Made by a program: the position numbers and the translations under genes. A stretch of 64,000 bases of DNA from an uncultured virus (IMG/VR IMGVR_UViG_3300029812_000136) (lineage: Duplodnaviria; Heunggongvirae; Uroviricota; Caudoviricetes). Of the stretch, positions 24,801 through 34,872 are shown piece after piece. Position 1 is the stretch's first letter, and each line of letters opens with the position of its first letter. The stretch is taken from the IMG/VR virus record IMGVR_UViG_3300029812_000136; one strand, given 5' to 3'. Under the pieces are notes generated by a model. It was not told the origin of the DNA and made no database searches. It saw only the letters and a list, made by a program, of their open reading frames with translations.

Positions 24801-26107
24801 GAAAAACAATAAATCTTTATAAGTATGTAAGTATATTTAATAATAAAACCCAAAAAATGAAAGTCACAAGAACTGAGCAAATATGGCTAAAGGAAGACAG
24901 AACAATCGCTGAACTCTGTCACATCTCCAAGAACCTTTACAACGAAGCCAACTACATCATCCGCCAAGAGCTATTCAAGACGGGCAAGTGGATACGAGAC
25001 TTGAATAGACAATTAAAAGAAAGTGAAAACTATAGAGTCTTATCTGCACAAACTGCACAACAAGTACTACGAATTGTAGATAAAAATTGGAAGGGTTTCT
25101 TTGAGGCAACAAAAGAATGGAAAATACATCCAGAAAAGTTTTTTTCACGACCGCAAATACCTCATTACAAGAAAAAAGACGGTGAATTTCTGTTAGTATT
25201 TACGAATCAACAATCAAAACTAAAAGACGGATGGTTAATTATTCTACCAAAACTCTTAGGACTAAAAATAAAGACAAGAATTGAGAGTGGACTAAAACAA
25301 GTCCGAATAATTCCCAAGGGTGTAGGCTATGTACTTGAAATAGTATATGAGAAAGTTATAAAGGTTATAGAGCGAAACAAAGACAGAATAGTAGGAATTG
25401 ATATTGGAGTTCGCAATCTCATAACCATGGTAAACAACATCGGTGTGCAGCCGATTATTGTTAAGGGTGGAGTTGTGAAGAGTATCAATCAGTTCTATAA
25501 CAAAGAGAAAGCGAGAGTACAAAGCGTATATGACTTCCAGGGGATAAAGACAGGGAATAAGATGAGGAAGCTGTCGGTGAAACGTGAACGAAAACTAAAC
25601 GACTTCTTCCATAATGTCAGCAGTTTCGTAGTAAATTGGTGCGTAGAGCATGAGATAGGAACAATAGTGATAGGACACAATGACAACTGGAAGCAAAAAG
25701 TGGACATAGGTAGAAGAAATAACCAGACATTTGTGCAGATACCTTTCGATAAGCTAATCCGTCAGATAACTTACAAAGCAGAAGAGAAAGGGATAGAAGT
25801 AAGAAAGCAGGAAGAGAGTCACACAAGCAAGTGCTCTTTTTTGGATGGTGAATCGGTAGAGTATCACAAAGAATACATGGGTAGACGAAAGAGTAGAGGG
25901 ATATTCAAAACGGCGAATGGTTTAATAATAAACGCAGATGTAAATGCAGCTTACAACATAATCAAAAAAGCAGTCCTGAAAGCATTTGATAAATATGCGG
26001 ACAGGATAGAGGATGTAGCCTTACATCCATTACGTTATAATATAACGGATAAAGGAGGTAATAATAAATCTAATAGTATATTTTATTAGGTTTATTGTTT
26101 TTCATAA
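24801..26107 (+). mobile_element. tnpB-only insertion element (IS200/IS605 or IS607 related)
   Basis: Contains tnpB; 3' hairpin at about 26060-26099; ends inferred from restoring the interrupted ORF. Confidence 0.55.
24857..26089 (+). CDS. tnpB: TnpB RNA-guided nuclease
   Basis: KNLYNEANY, RuvC-I GIDIG, EESHTSKCS, INADVNAAYNI; the RuvC-II region reads IVIGHN. Confidence 0.92.
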   Translation: MKVTRTEQIWLKEDRTIAELCHISKNLYNEANYIIRQELFKTGKWIRDLNRQLKESENYRVLSAQTAQQVLRIVDKNWKGFFEATKEWKIHPEKFFSRPQIPHYKKKDGEFLLVFTNQQSKLKDGWLIILPKLLGLKIKTRIESGLKQVRIIPKGVGYVLEIVYEKVIKVIERNKDRIVGIDIGVRNLITMVNNIGVQPIIVKGGVVKSINQFYNKEKARVQSVYDFQGIKTGNKMRKLSVKRERKLNDFFHNVSSFVVNWCVEHEIGTIVIGHNDNWKQKVDIGRRNNQTFVQIPFDKLIRQITYKAEEKGIEVRKQEESHTSKCSFLDGESVEYHKEYMGRRKSRGIFKTANGLIINADVNAAYNIIKKAVLKAFDKYADRIEDVALHPLRYNITDKGGNNKSNSIFY

Positions 26108-26259
26108 GGTAAAAGAAGTAAGACAAGTTCTGAAGAGATACCCATTGTCTCAACAACCTTTGAATTATGAATATATATTGAAATTGCGAAGAAGGACATT
26201 TTCTTTTGTCATTCTTAAATATTATACATTTGGAATGTCAGACAATTGAAGAAGTATAG

Positions 26260-26994
26260 ATGGAAAAACTAAAAGGACTTGATTATAAGTACAAAATAGT
26301 CAAAGATTGGCTCCAAAATTGGGAATATGAGACAAAAAAATCACTCATTCTCCATGGAACTCCAGGTATAGGCAAAACTTTCTTAGCTCAAACATTAGCA
26401 GATGAACTAAAATATAATCTAATCGAATTCAATACATCAGATCAGCGAAATAAAGCATTCATGAATAAACTCAAATCAATCGTTCAACAACAAACATTCT
26501 TTCCATCTATCATCCTCTTAGACGAGGTGGATGGAGTGGAAAATCTAAAAGAACTTGCCAAAGTTTTATCAATAACTCAAAAACCAATCATTCTTACAGC
26601 AAATGACCTAACCAAGCTCTCTTCAATACGAAAACTCTGTAAGGAAGTATATATTCCAAAGCCAACTCTATCAAATTCAGGTGGAAAAATAAAAGACTAT
26701 CGTCAATCATCTCTCATAAGGAAAGGTTCACAAGGTTATGATCCACATCTCAACCAAAAAAATTATCTTTTAAGATGTATCAAAGAAGGTAAATATCCAA
26801 ATATAACTATAAATGAAGCAATTCTTCTTCTTGATTCATCACCACAGGAATATGGTTTTGGTGCATATCAACTCATCAAGGGATTAGCATGTTTTGATCG
26901 AACTAAACGGGTCGAATGTCTTTCAGGACTCAAACCTACAATAAATGAAATAACAGAAGTGTGGTTTTCTAAGTTACGTTATAGGAGAAAGTAA
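26260..26994 (+). CDS. rfcL: RFC large subunit-like AAA+ ATPase, short
   Basis: GTPGIGKT, IEFNTSDQR, LLDEVDG, PIILTAND. Confidence 0.75.
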   Translation: MEKLKGLDYKYKIVKDWLQNWEYETKKSLILHGTPGIGKTFLAQTLADELKYNLIEFNTSDQRNKAFMNKLKSIVQQQTFFPSIILLDEVDGVENLKELAKVLSITQKPIILTANDLTKLSSIRKLCKEVYIPKPTLSNSGGKIKDYRQSSLIRKGSQGYDPHLNQKNYLLRCIKEGKYPNITINEAILLLDSSPQEYGFGAYQLIKGLACFDRTKRVECLSGLKPTINEITEVWFSKLRYRRK

Positions 26995-27591
26995 AATAAT
27001 GAATAATGATAAAATAAAAGAAGATGTTGGCTTGTTTGTTATAGTTCTTCTAATGACATGTATTGTAGTTATTACTGGTCTTGATATTCATGAACGTTGC
27101 CAAGTAATGGACAACATAGAAAACACGATCAATGTACCAGATGAATACACAATTAAAATTGATTGGTTTAGTATTGATAAAAAAGAAAATGATTGGTATA
27201 GATGTTATGTTAGATTTGAAAAGACAAGTTACATTTGTTCTGAAGATGAAAAGATTAATGAACCGTGGAAATGTGAAGATATTACATACGAAAAACAACA
27301 TGCATGGATTTGGTACAATACCAAGACAATGGTGTTATATCATGAATCAGGATCTATTAATGTTACATGAATAAAGTAGAGATACTTAGAATGAAATGGA
27401 TAGAAAATCAAGCTGAACGAAAAAGAGTCTTAGAAAATGCAAGAAGAATATTGAGAGGGAAAACACCTCTCCGATACAAAGTAATCAAAGAAGAACCTTT
27501 TGTTATCAAAGATATGGAAACAAATACAATCTATCAAATTAATCAAGGAATTTTAGCATCAGCATGACAAATTGTATAGAGTACAAAATGG

Positions 27592-28944
27592 ATGAATCTC
27601 ATAGAAGAATTCGTAAAAGTTACATCTACAATAACAGATGCACCAGAAATTTTCCTCGAAGCATCAGCATATTACTTAATCTCAACAGTTTGTGGGTTCA
27701 AGGTATCGTGTGAGCTTACTCCATCACGTGGCGGAACACCACCAAACGAGTGGTTCATTATATCAGGACAACCAGCCATTACAAGACGTTCAACGATCAT
27801 TTCAATTGTTTCAAAATTATTTACAAATGTATACAAAAACGTTCTGAGAGGTGGATCTTTAGACTTTGTAATGAGTGAAGATGACGAATCAACTAAATCA
27901 CTAAGCGAGACAGTCGCTGATCTCATCATCGAAACTGCAACACCAGAGGGTTTAATGGATCATATCACTACAAACAAATATCCTATGACAATGATTTCAC
28001 CAGAGTATGGTGGAGTCATAAATCAAGTACGTACACGAGATTATATGTCTGGATATTTAACGCTAATGTCAAAGTTATATTATGGTGAACCTCACTCTAT
28101 GAAACTCTCTAAAAGAGGAAAACAAAAAATTGAGCGAAGAGAAATACCAAGAGGAGTTTATATGACAGCTTTACTTGGTATGCAAGAACCGTCTTTATAT
28201 TTTGATTCAATGTTTCTCAAGCAAGGATTTCTTAGACGAATACTGATAGTACATTCAAATCCAGAAGAAAAAGTCAGATTCAATCCATATCTCAATCTTG
28301 GTAGAGAATTTCAGTTTTCAGCTCTTGATACTTTCGAAGAAAACTTGACAAAGCATGCTTTGTCATTTCATCATGGCAGTCCGATAGCTACAGATTCAAA
28401 TTCTAATATAAATAACAAAATCAATGACTTCCAAACAAAAATAGAAAAAGAATTTATCAAGGAGCAAACAATGGCAAATCTCTATAAGCAAAGTATGGGT
28501 GAGCATTTACTCAAACTCACAACAATTCATGCTATGGCATGTAGAGAACCTGTCTATAGAGAGAGGGGTTGGTGGTTAGATCTCAAAGAAAGTGACTATG
28601 ATAGTGCTATAACATTCCTCAAAAAAATACTCAAACGATCTGAATCAGTCGTCAGTTCAATCAGTACTTCATTTATAGAACGTAGTTTCTTATCGTCATC
28701 TGGAATTCTCGAAATGGTAATGAGTAAAATCAGTGATAAAGGATCATCTGGTATATCTTCTGAAGCACTAATGATTCAAACAGGACAATTACATGATGCT
28801 CTTCTGAAAATGGTCATAACTCTCAGTAAGAGCAAGCGTGTCGTTGCAAATATAAAAAATGGTACCGTATATCTCTATGCAAAAAGATATGAACTCGAAG
28901 TAGAAAATACTATATCAACGGATGCAATATTAATGAGTTGGTGA
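27592..28944 (+). CDS. DUF3987/YfjI-like P-loop protein, possible helicase
   Basis: TDAPEIF...PNEWFIISGQPAITRRST, ATPEGL, GFLRRIL; degenerate Walker A. Confidence 0.6.
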   Translation: MNLIEEFVKVTSTITDAPEIFLEASAYYLISTVCGFKVSCELTPSRGGTPPNEWFIISGQPAITRRSTIISIVSKLFTNVYKNVLRGGSLDFVMSEDDESTKSLSETVADLIIETATPEGLMDHITTNKYPMTMISPEYGGVINQVRTRDYMSGYLTLMSKLYYGEPHSMKLSKRGKQKIERREIPRGVYMTALLGMQEPSLYFDSMFLKQGFLRRILIVHSNPEEKVRFNPYLNLGREFQFSALDTFEENLTKHALSFHHGSPIATDSNSNINNKINDFQTKIEKEFIKEQTMANLYKQSMGEHLLKLTTIHAMACREPVYRERGWWLDLKESDYDSAITFLKKILKRSESVVSSISTSFIERSFLSSSGILEMVMSKISDKGSSGISSEALMIQTGQLHDALLKMVITLSKSKRVVANIKNGTVYLYAKRYELEVENTISTDAILMSW

Positions 28945-31322
28945 TGAGATCAAGTCTGTTTAAAGAGGCGTGGAGGTGATTAAGATGGAAGTAAAGGACA
29001 TAGTGAGACTTGAAAGAGCTATTAAATTTCAGCTAAACAAACATTTCGGATGGGGTGCGGTGAGGTGGTATAATTATCTAAATGAACAAGAAAAAGAGTA
29101 TATCAGAGCTCTTTTGAAAGAATGGAGTGAGGAGGATAAAGGATAAAATGGGGAATTTTGATGCAGCATGTTGGCATGGTTGTAAGTGGTTACGAGTGTA
29201 TGATGGTTCAGAACCTTGTGCCGACTGCAATCTAAGTAATGATTTCAAGCATTACGAACAAAAGAACATCTGAGCAAAAGTATGTGGAGGATAAAATGCG
29301 AAAAATAGGTTGTGGTACGAAAGAAGGTAAAGATGTGGTGTTATGTTCAGATTGCACTCGAAGAACAAATTTAGAAGGATGTATAGCAACGATATTGGAA
29401 GATGAGTTATGTTTTGTATTTGTTGATTGTGAATTAACTAAGGAAATGATAAGAAAGTATGGAGGAGGTGAAGAATGAAATGAAAAACGATAAGATAAAT
29501 GCTATATTAGAGCTTTTTGAATCGGCTATAATAGCTGAAGAATTTAGCCATCCTGGATTGAAAGGTTTGCTGACAAAAGATGAACGAGTTGAAATCCTGA
29601 CATACAAAAAGTACAAATCGAAGCTGGAATCTTTGCTAAAGGACAATCTTTATGAACTTCGTGTTACAGGAACAAAAGATGGGAGAAATAAATTCAACGA
29701 AAAGCAAGTCAAAGAATCTACAATAACCGGAATAACTGAGGAACAAGTTAAAGCAATAGAGATTACATTAAATCGTGGACGCGGTTTCGCTTATACTGTG
29801 AATGCACTAAAAATGTCTGGAAGAAAAAATGGCGGCAATTGACAAATTAGGATTGATAGAATTTAAGCAGGAAGCGAGAAAAGGATTGAAATTTACTGGT
29901 GGGGATCACGCACGGCGATTGGACGATATTGAAGTAAAGATCGATTATTTAGCGCGGTGGTTATCAGAAATGGACGACATAATAAGCACACATAGGGTGC
30001 CAGGCGTAATAAAGAAGGGTGGAGGCGAGAAAGGATAAAATGTTTGGAAGCTGGATAAGTGCATTGAAAAGACATAAAGGCGGAAGCTGGCTAAGAAAGC
30101 TTGAACGAGGTGAAGAGAGAAAATGAAGACTAAATATCTGACTGAGAGGGATGTGGATTATTTGATTCGTTCTATTCGAGTATTCATCAAAGAAACTTCC
30201 GAACGTTTTAATATAAGTGAAGATGATGCAATCTACAAGATCGAGCGGGAGCTGCGGCTTAAGAAAAGATGGGAATGATGAGTAAAGAAATATGTGAAAT
30301 ATGTGGAAATGTGATAGATACTGAGAAAGAAGCATACGTACCAAGGCAAGTAGTAGATAGATTTGGTCAACTGTTAGAGCCAGTCGAATACTATTGTGAA
30401 AAGTGTTATGATTTTGAGAGGGGGGAAATAAAGAAAGTCTGAACGAGGTGAAAGATGAAAATAGAAAGCGAGTTGGAAGGGCAGGGGATTAGAACCTTCC
30501 AGATAACCGATGTATTCGTAAAGTTTTTAAAAAAGGTAGGACCTCAGCCCTCTAGTGATTTAGAAGAAGAGATATATGAAAAACTTGTAAAGTCAAATCC
30601 GCCAAATATGAGCAGTCTAGAACTTAGACGAATTGATGTGAGCCCAGAAGATTTGCCAAGTGGATCGGTGTTTGAATATTACTGGAGTGTGGAAACATCG
30701 CATGACGAGCTTACAGAGGTCTTCGAAACGATTGCTAAAATAGAGATGCAATATAAAAGCGTGATCGGAAGACTGATAGAAAGAAGCTTAGAAGGAAATG
30801 CAATAGATATAGATAAGAAAGTCTGGAGAAGAAGATGAGTGAAGAAAAAGAGGAAGAAGTAAAAGTCCCCAAGTTGGGAGGGATAATAGCATCGTTACGA
30901 CTTAGAAGATTGAAGGAAAAGCAGATGAAGAAGACGAGCGAATATAAATATCGAAATAAACGGACTGGCACAGAATATATGAATCTTGGTCATGCACTTG
31001 ACGAGGCAGAAGATCAAAATGATATAGTAATAATCAGTGATACAAAATAAGGGTATGAAAGATAAAGGATAAAATGAACAAAAAGAAAATAGATCATCAT
31101 AAATTCTCTATTGAACTAAACAAATGGAGAAAGCGTAATGAAAGGAGAAAAACCAAAAAATGAGTGAACGAAGTATTAATGAAATAAAGGATGAAATAGA
31201 GAGAGTGAGAGAATTACTTAAAACAGATAAAGGAGAGCATTCTGTGTATGGAAAAGGAAAATTGAGTGGTTTATATTTTGCTTTAGGTAAAAAATTAAAT
31301 TTTGATAGTGAGGAAATAGAAG

Positions 31323-32231
31323 ATGAGTGAGCAAGATCTCGAAAAAATAAAAGAACAAATCAATAATAATATTGATAAAATAGTGAAACTCCGTGGAGTG
31401 AACAGAGAAGACTTAATATCCGAATTAAAAGAAATAATGGGTATGGAAAGTCTCGACGAATATCCACAAGAAGTGAAGTTGGCATATGCATCAAGGATCC
31501 TAACAATTAGGTACTTGACAAAAGAGACAACCAAATCGTACACAAAAATAATACCATTTGGTGTGACAGGAAAGCGAAAAACAAGAGCTGGAGTATGGAG
31601 AGCATCAATATACGCAATCGTAAAGGATGGTAGTTCTGACAAACCAGAGCGAAAAGAAATAGTCTGTACGGGTGCTGAGTCAGACATCCCAGAAAAAGTA
31701 GAATTATTCAAACTCTACAATAATATCAGATTAGAAGACAAATTTTACTTTCTCTCAGCAACACCAAGTACACGTTTTGATAATCCACAGGATGTTGAAG
31801 GAGATCCATTGGACTTCCTTCAGAATGTATGCAAATTCCCAAAACTCAACTCTCTACGTGATGTTCTAACAAATCTATCTACTCTTGTAGATGGTTATGT
31901 AGATAATATGGATATGCGTATTATAGAAGCAATTACTGTGCGAGGTTCCAAAGGTCTTAGAAAAGATGGATCGTATTTTGCTGTCTATGATATCAAAGAT
32001 GAAAGTTTGGGTCTCGAAGAAGAAGTAGTAAAAATAGATGGAAAGGACGTTATTGTACCGTCAAAAATTTCTGCGTGGGTACCACCCAGATTCTTGAAGT
32101 ATGATACAGAAAGTATTCTAACGTTTTTAGGTACAATAACACTAAATGTGGAGACAAAAATACCAACAATCAATGCTGTCACTGTCTTACCATCAGGAAT
32201 AGTACGAGAACTAAAAGAGAGTGAGGACTAA
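31323..32231 (+). CDS. Putative OB-fold ssDNA-binding protein
   Basis: Beta-rich pattern (GLRKDGSYFAVYDIKDES...LTFLGTI); lies upstream of the ATPase, primase and polB genes. Confidence 0.5.
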   Translation: MSEQDLEKIKEQINNNIDKIVKLRGVNREDLISELKEIMGMESLDEYPQEVKLAYASRILTIRYLTKETTKSYTKIIPFGVTGKRKTRAGVWRASIYAIVKDGSSDKPERKEIVCTGAESDIPEKVELFKLYNNIRLEDKFYFLSATPSTRFDNPQDVEGDPLDFLQNVCKFPKLNSLRDVLTNLSTLVDGYVDNMDMRIIEAITVRGSKGLRKDGSYFAVYDIKDESLGLEEEVVKIDGKDVIVPSKISAWVPPRFLKYDTESILTFLGTITLNVETKIPTINAVTVLPSGIVRELKESED

Positions 32232-33499
32232 TGGGAGAAGAAAATATTGATGCTTTGGATGATCTTATCAAAGGAACTGCAGGCAAACCAACTCCTGAAA
32301 AGACACAAGAAGAACAAGTAAAGGAAGAGATTGTCAAAGAACCAGAAAGCATTGATATTGAAGATATGCTTGTTGGTGAAAAAAAGAAATCAGAAGAAGT
32401 TACAAAAGAACCAGAAAAAAGTCCGTCAGAAGATAAAAGTGCAGATTTAGATGTTTTAACAGGGAAAAAGTTAGAAGAAGAGAAAGAAATTAAGGAAGAA
32501 AAGGAGTTTGAGAAAGACACTGAAAAGGTGATTGCAGATGGTAACAAAAAAGTAGAAGAAAAAGAAGACAAAAAACCCACTGATCTTGATGATATCTTTG
32601 GTCTTGGTGGTTCTACTGAAGAACTATCTGCTGAAAAGGTTGAAGACAAAGAAGAAAAGTCAAAATCAGTGATAGATATTTTTGGTGAGAAGGAAGAAGA
32701 GAAGTTTGTTGTAGAAGAAGAACCACCAGAGCCTAAGATGGTTTTTACAGTAGCTGGTGAGAAAGATTCTGGTAAAACATTTATAGCACTTGATTTCATA
32801 AATTACAATAATGAAGACAATACATTAGCAGCGATTGCTTTTGATAATAAAACAGCACGAGTACGTGATAATGATTATAATGCCGATTCTCGAATTCACG
32901 TCTTCAATGGAAACAAGTACTTTACTTATGCTAAAAAAGAAGATCTAACGAATGCCGCAAGATTGTCTATATTATACTTGGAGAAAGTCTTAGACAAAAT
33001 AGAAGAAATAAGTCCAGATATAATTCTGATTGACAACTTTGAAAAGTTTACTCGTATAGCTGAGTTTGCAGCAAGATACTCTCAAAGGCTCGGTCCATTT
33101 GATTCACCACCAAGAGAATCAGGTGTTGGGTTCAAAATATGGGATGAAAGGAATTTTTATGTCACAAATTTATTCAATCGTTGTTTCAGTATTGCAAAAA
33201 AGGTTGTTGTGTATGCAATATATATGCGAGATATTGATATAATGCGTGATGGAGTCCTTCTTGAACGAAAAAAAGAACCAAAATGGGCATCGGATGTAAA
33301 ATATGAAACAGACGTCACTCTGATCTTAGAAAAGGAAAATGGACGTGAATATTCGGTAGAAATTGTAGCAAGTAAAGATGACAAAAATCTCCCAAATGGA
33401 TTAAAACTTGATGTCACAGATAAAGGGTTCTGGAAAGCTCTCAAAGAACATATGGAAGGTGGAACAAAGGAAAAAGTTGAAGTGGAATTAGATTTATAA
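32231..33499 (+). CDS. Sak4/AAA_24-like RecA-fold ATPase with a long acidic N-terminus
   Basis: Walker A GEKDSGKT, Walker B IILID; about 170-aa E/K-rich low-complexity N-terminus. Confidence 0.7.
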   Translation: MGEENIDALDDLIKGTAGKPTPEKTQEEQVKEEIVKEPESIDIEDMLVGEKKKSEEVTKEPEKSPSEDKSADLDVLTGKKLEEEKEIKEEKEFEKDTEKVIADGNKKVEEKEDKKPTDLDDIFGLGGSTEELSAEKVEDKEEKSKSVIDIFGEKEEEKFVVEEEPPEPKMVFTVAGEKDSGKTFIALDFINYNNEDNTLAAIAFDNKTARVRDNDYNADSRIHVFNGNKYFTYAKKEDLTNAARLSILYLEKVLDKIEEISPDIILIDNFEKFTRIAEFAARYSQRLGPFDSPPRESGVGFKIWDERNFYVTNLFNRCFSIAKKVVVYAIYMRDIDIMRDGVLLERKKEPKWASDVKYETDVTLILEKENGREYSVEIVASKDDKNLPNGLKLDVTDKGFWKALKEHMEGGTKEKVEVELDL

Positions 33500-33542
33500 G
33501 GATGTAATATCAATATATCAATATAATCAGAGGTGAAGATGC

Positions 33543-34523
33543 TTGATCTTAGATACTCTATACGGAATCTTCCCAAGGGATGTCTCAGTCCCTGATGGTA
33601 ATGGAAATCTTCCACGTAAAACAATCTACACAAGACATTCTTTTTACAATCACATTGAAACACTTAATGCGTGTGGTCATCATTGTTACACATCAGTCTA
33701 TGATACTAGGGATGACATAACCATTGACAAAGTCGTCTTCGACATAGATTCATCAAATCTCAACAAAAGTCTCAAGGAAGCAAAAATTCTTCATCAAAGA
33801 CTCTCTGAATTTCCACATCTCATAGTATTCAGTGGTACCAAAGGTTTTCACATCTACTGCTTCTTCAAGCCAAAAATATTGTCACGAGAGATGGGATCAT
33901 ATTTTATCCAAACATTTCAAGAAAAATATCAAAGTGGTCTTAAGACGGTAGATCCTCACTTAATCGGCAATGTCTCAGCGATGATTCGAGTTCCTAATAC
34001 AATCAATAAAGGTCGTTACTGCACATATATCTCCTCAAAAAGATTTCAGTCAATGTCCATAGATGACATTCTCGAAGAAAGCAAGGGACAACATCGAGGT
34101 CGAATTGATTTCACACTCTCTTATAAATCAATCACAGATCTCATCGATGGAAATGATCCAATTATAAAAGAACCAAGTAATTTCTTCTTTACAGACAAAG
34201 TCTCTGATATACCAAATCTTGAAATTCTCCATCATTTAATCCGTCCATGTATAATGAAAGAGATGCTCAAGCCAGATCGAGGTCAAGAACGTGGACCAAG
34301 GCATGTAACAAGACTCAATTTTGTCTCTGAAATGTTACATCTCAACTTCTCAAAGGAGCAAATATTTGAAACAATAAAACTCTTCAACATGGGTGATTTC
34401 AACGAAGAAAAAACGTGGTATCAGATATCAAAAATATGTGACAATAGGACAAAACCTTACGGATGCATCAAGCTAAGAGAAAGTATAAGTTGTTCAAAGT
34501 GTGGATGGAGATATTGGTGGTGA
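33543..34523 (+). CDS. priS: Archaeo-eukaryotic primase, PriS fused to a PriL-CTD/PriX-like domain
   Basis: VFDID, FSGTKGFHIY, MIRVPNTIN; C-terminal RPC...H..R...DFNEEKTWYQI..PYGC. Confidence 0.88.
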   Translation: MILDTLYGIFPRDVSVPDGNGNLPRKTIYTRHSFYNHIETLNACGHHCYTSVYDTRDDITIDKVVFDIDSSNLNKSLKEAKILHQRLSEFPHLIVFSGTKGFHIYCFFKPKILSREMGSYFIQTFQEKYQSGLKTVDPHLIGNVSAMIRVPNTINKGRYCTYISSKRFQSMSIDDILEESKGQHRGRIDFTLSYKSITDLIDGNDPIIKEPSNFFFTDKVSDIPNLEILHHLIRPCIMKEMLKPDRGQERGPRHVTRLNFVSEMLHLNFSKEQIFETIKLFNMGDFNEEKTWYQISKICDNRTKPYGCIKLRESISCSKCGWRYWW

Positions 34524-34872
34524 AAAATGAGTAAATTATACCATATACTTAAAAAAGAGTATAGTGATATCAAAACAGCTTTAGATACTTTGTCTGGTAT
34601 TAATGAAAAAGATTTAGATTACAATTTAGAAAGATTAAAAGAACTGGAAATTTGTATGGAGAGGATAAAGACTGCTGAAGGAGAATAAAAGATGCACATA
34701 AAGAAGTGATAAGGTGGATAAGATGATAAAAATCTTTTTATATATTTGATGATTTCTGTATGTGTTATTTTAGATATTTTATTCTCATCCAACTAAATTG
34801 GATGTGTAAGGTAAGGTTAGGTGTAGTACTGTACTGTACTGTATAGAAGGAAGTAGGGAGAGAGAGAGAGAT

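Larger units (their letters stand above)
24697..26219 (+). pseudogene. Small gene interrupted by the tnpB element
   Basis: MKIERS...EDII (24697-24800) joins in frame to KVKEVRQVLKRYPL... (from 26108) if 24801-26107 is removed. Confidence 0.45.

Noticed and set aside
24790..26112. tnpB element as a BHB intron
   Set aside because: The ends pair, but no 4-bp central helix with a flanking exon helix can be formed
34806..34871. Short tandem repeats (GTAAG, GTACT, GA) upstream of polB
   Set aside because: Few copies, low complexity, and no functional evidence
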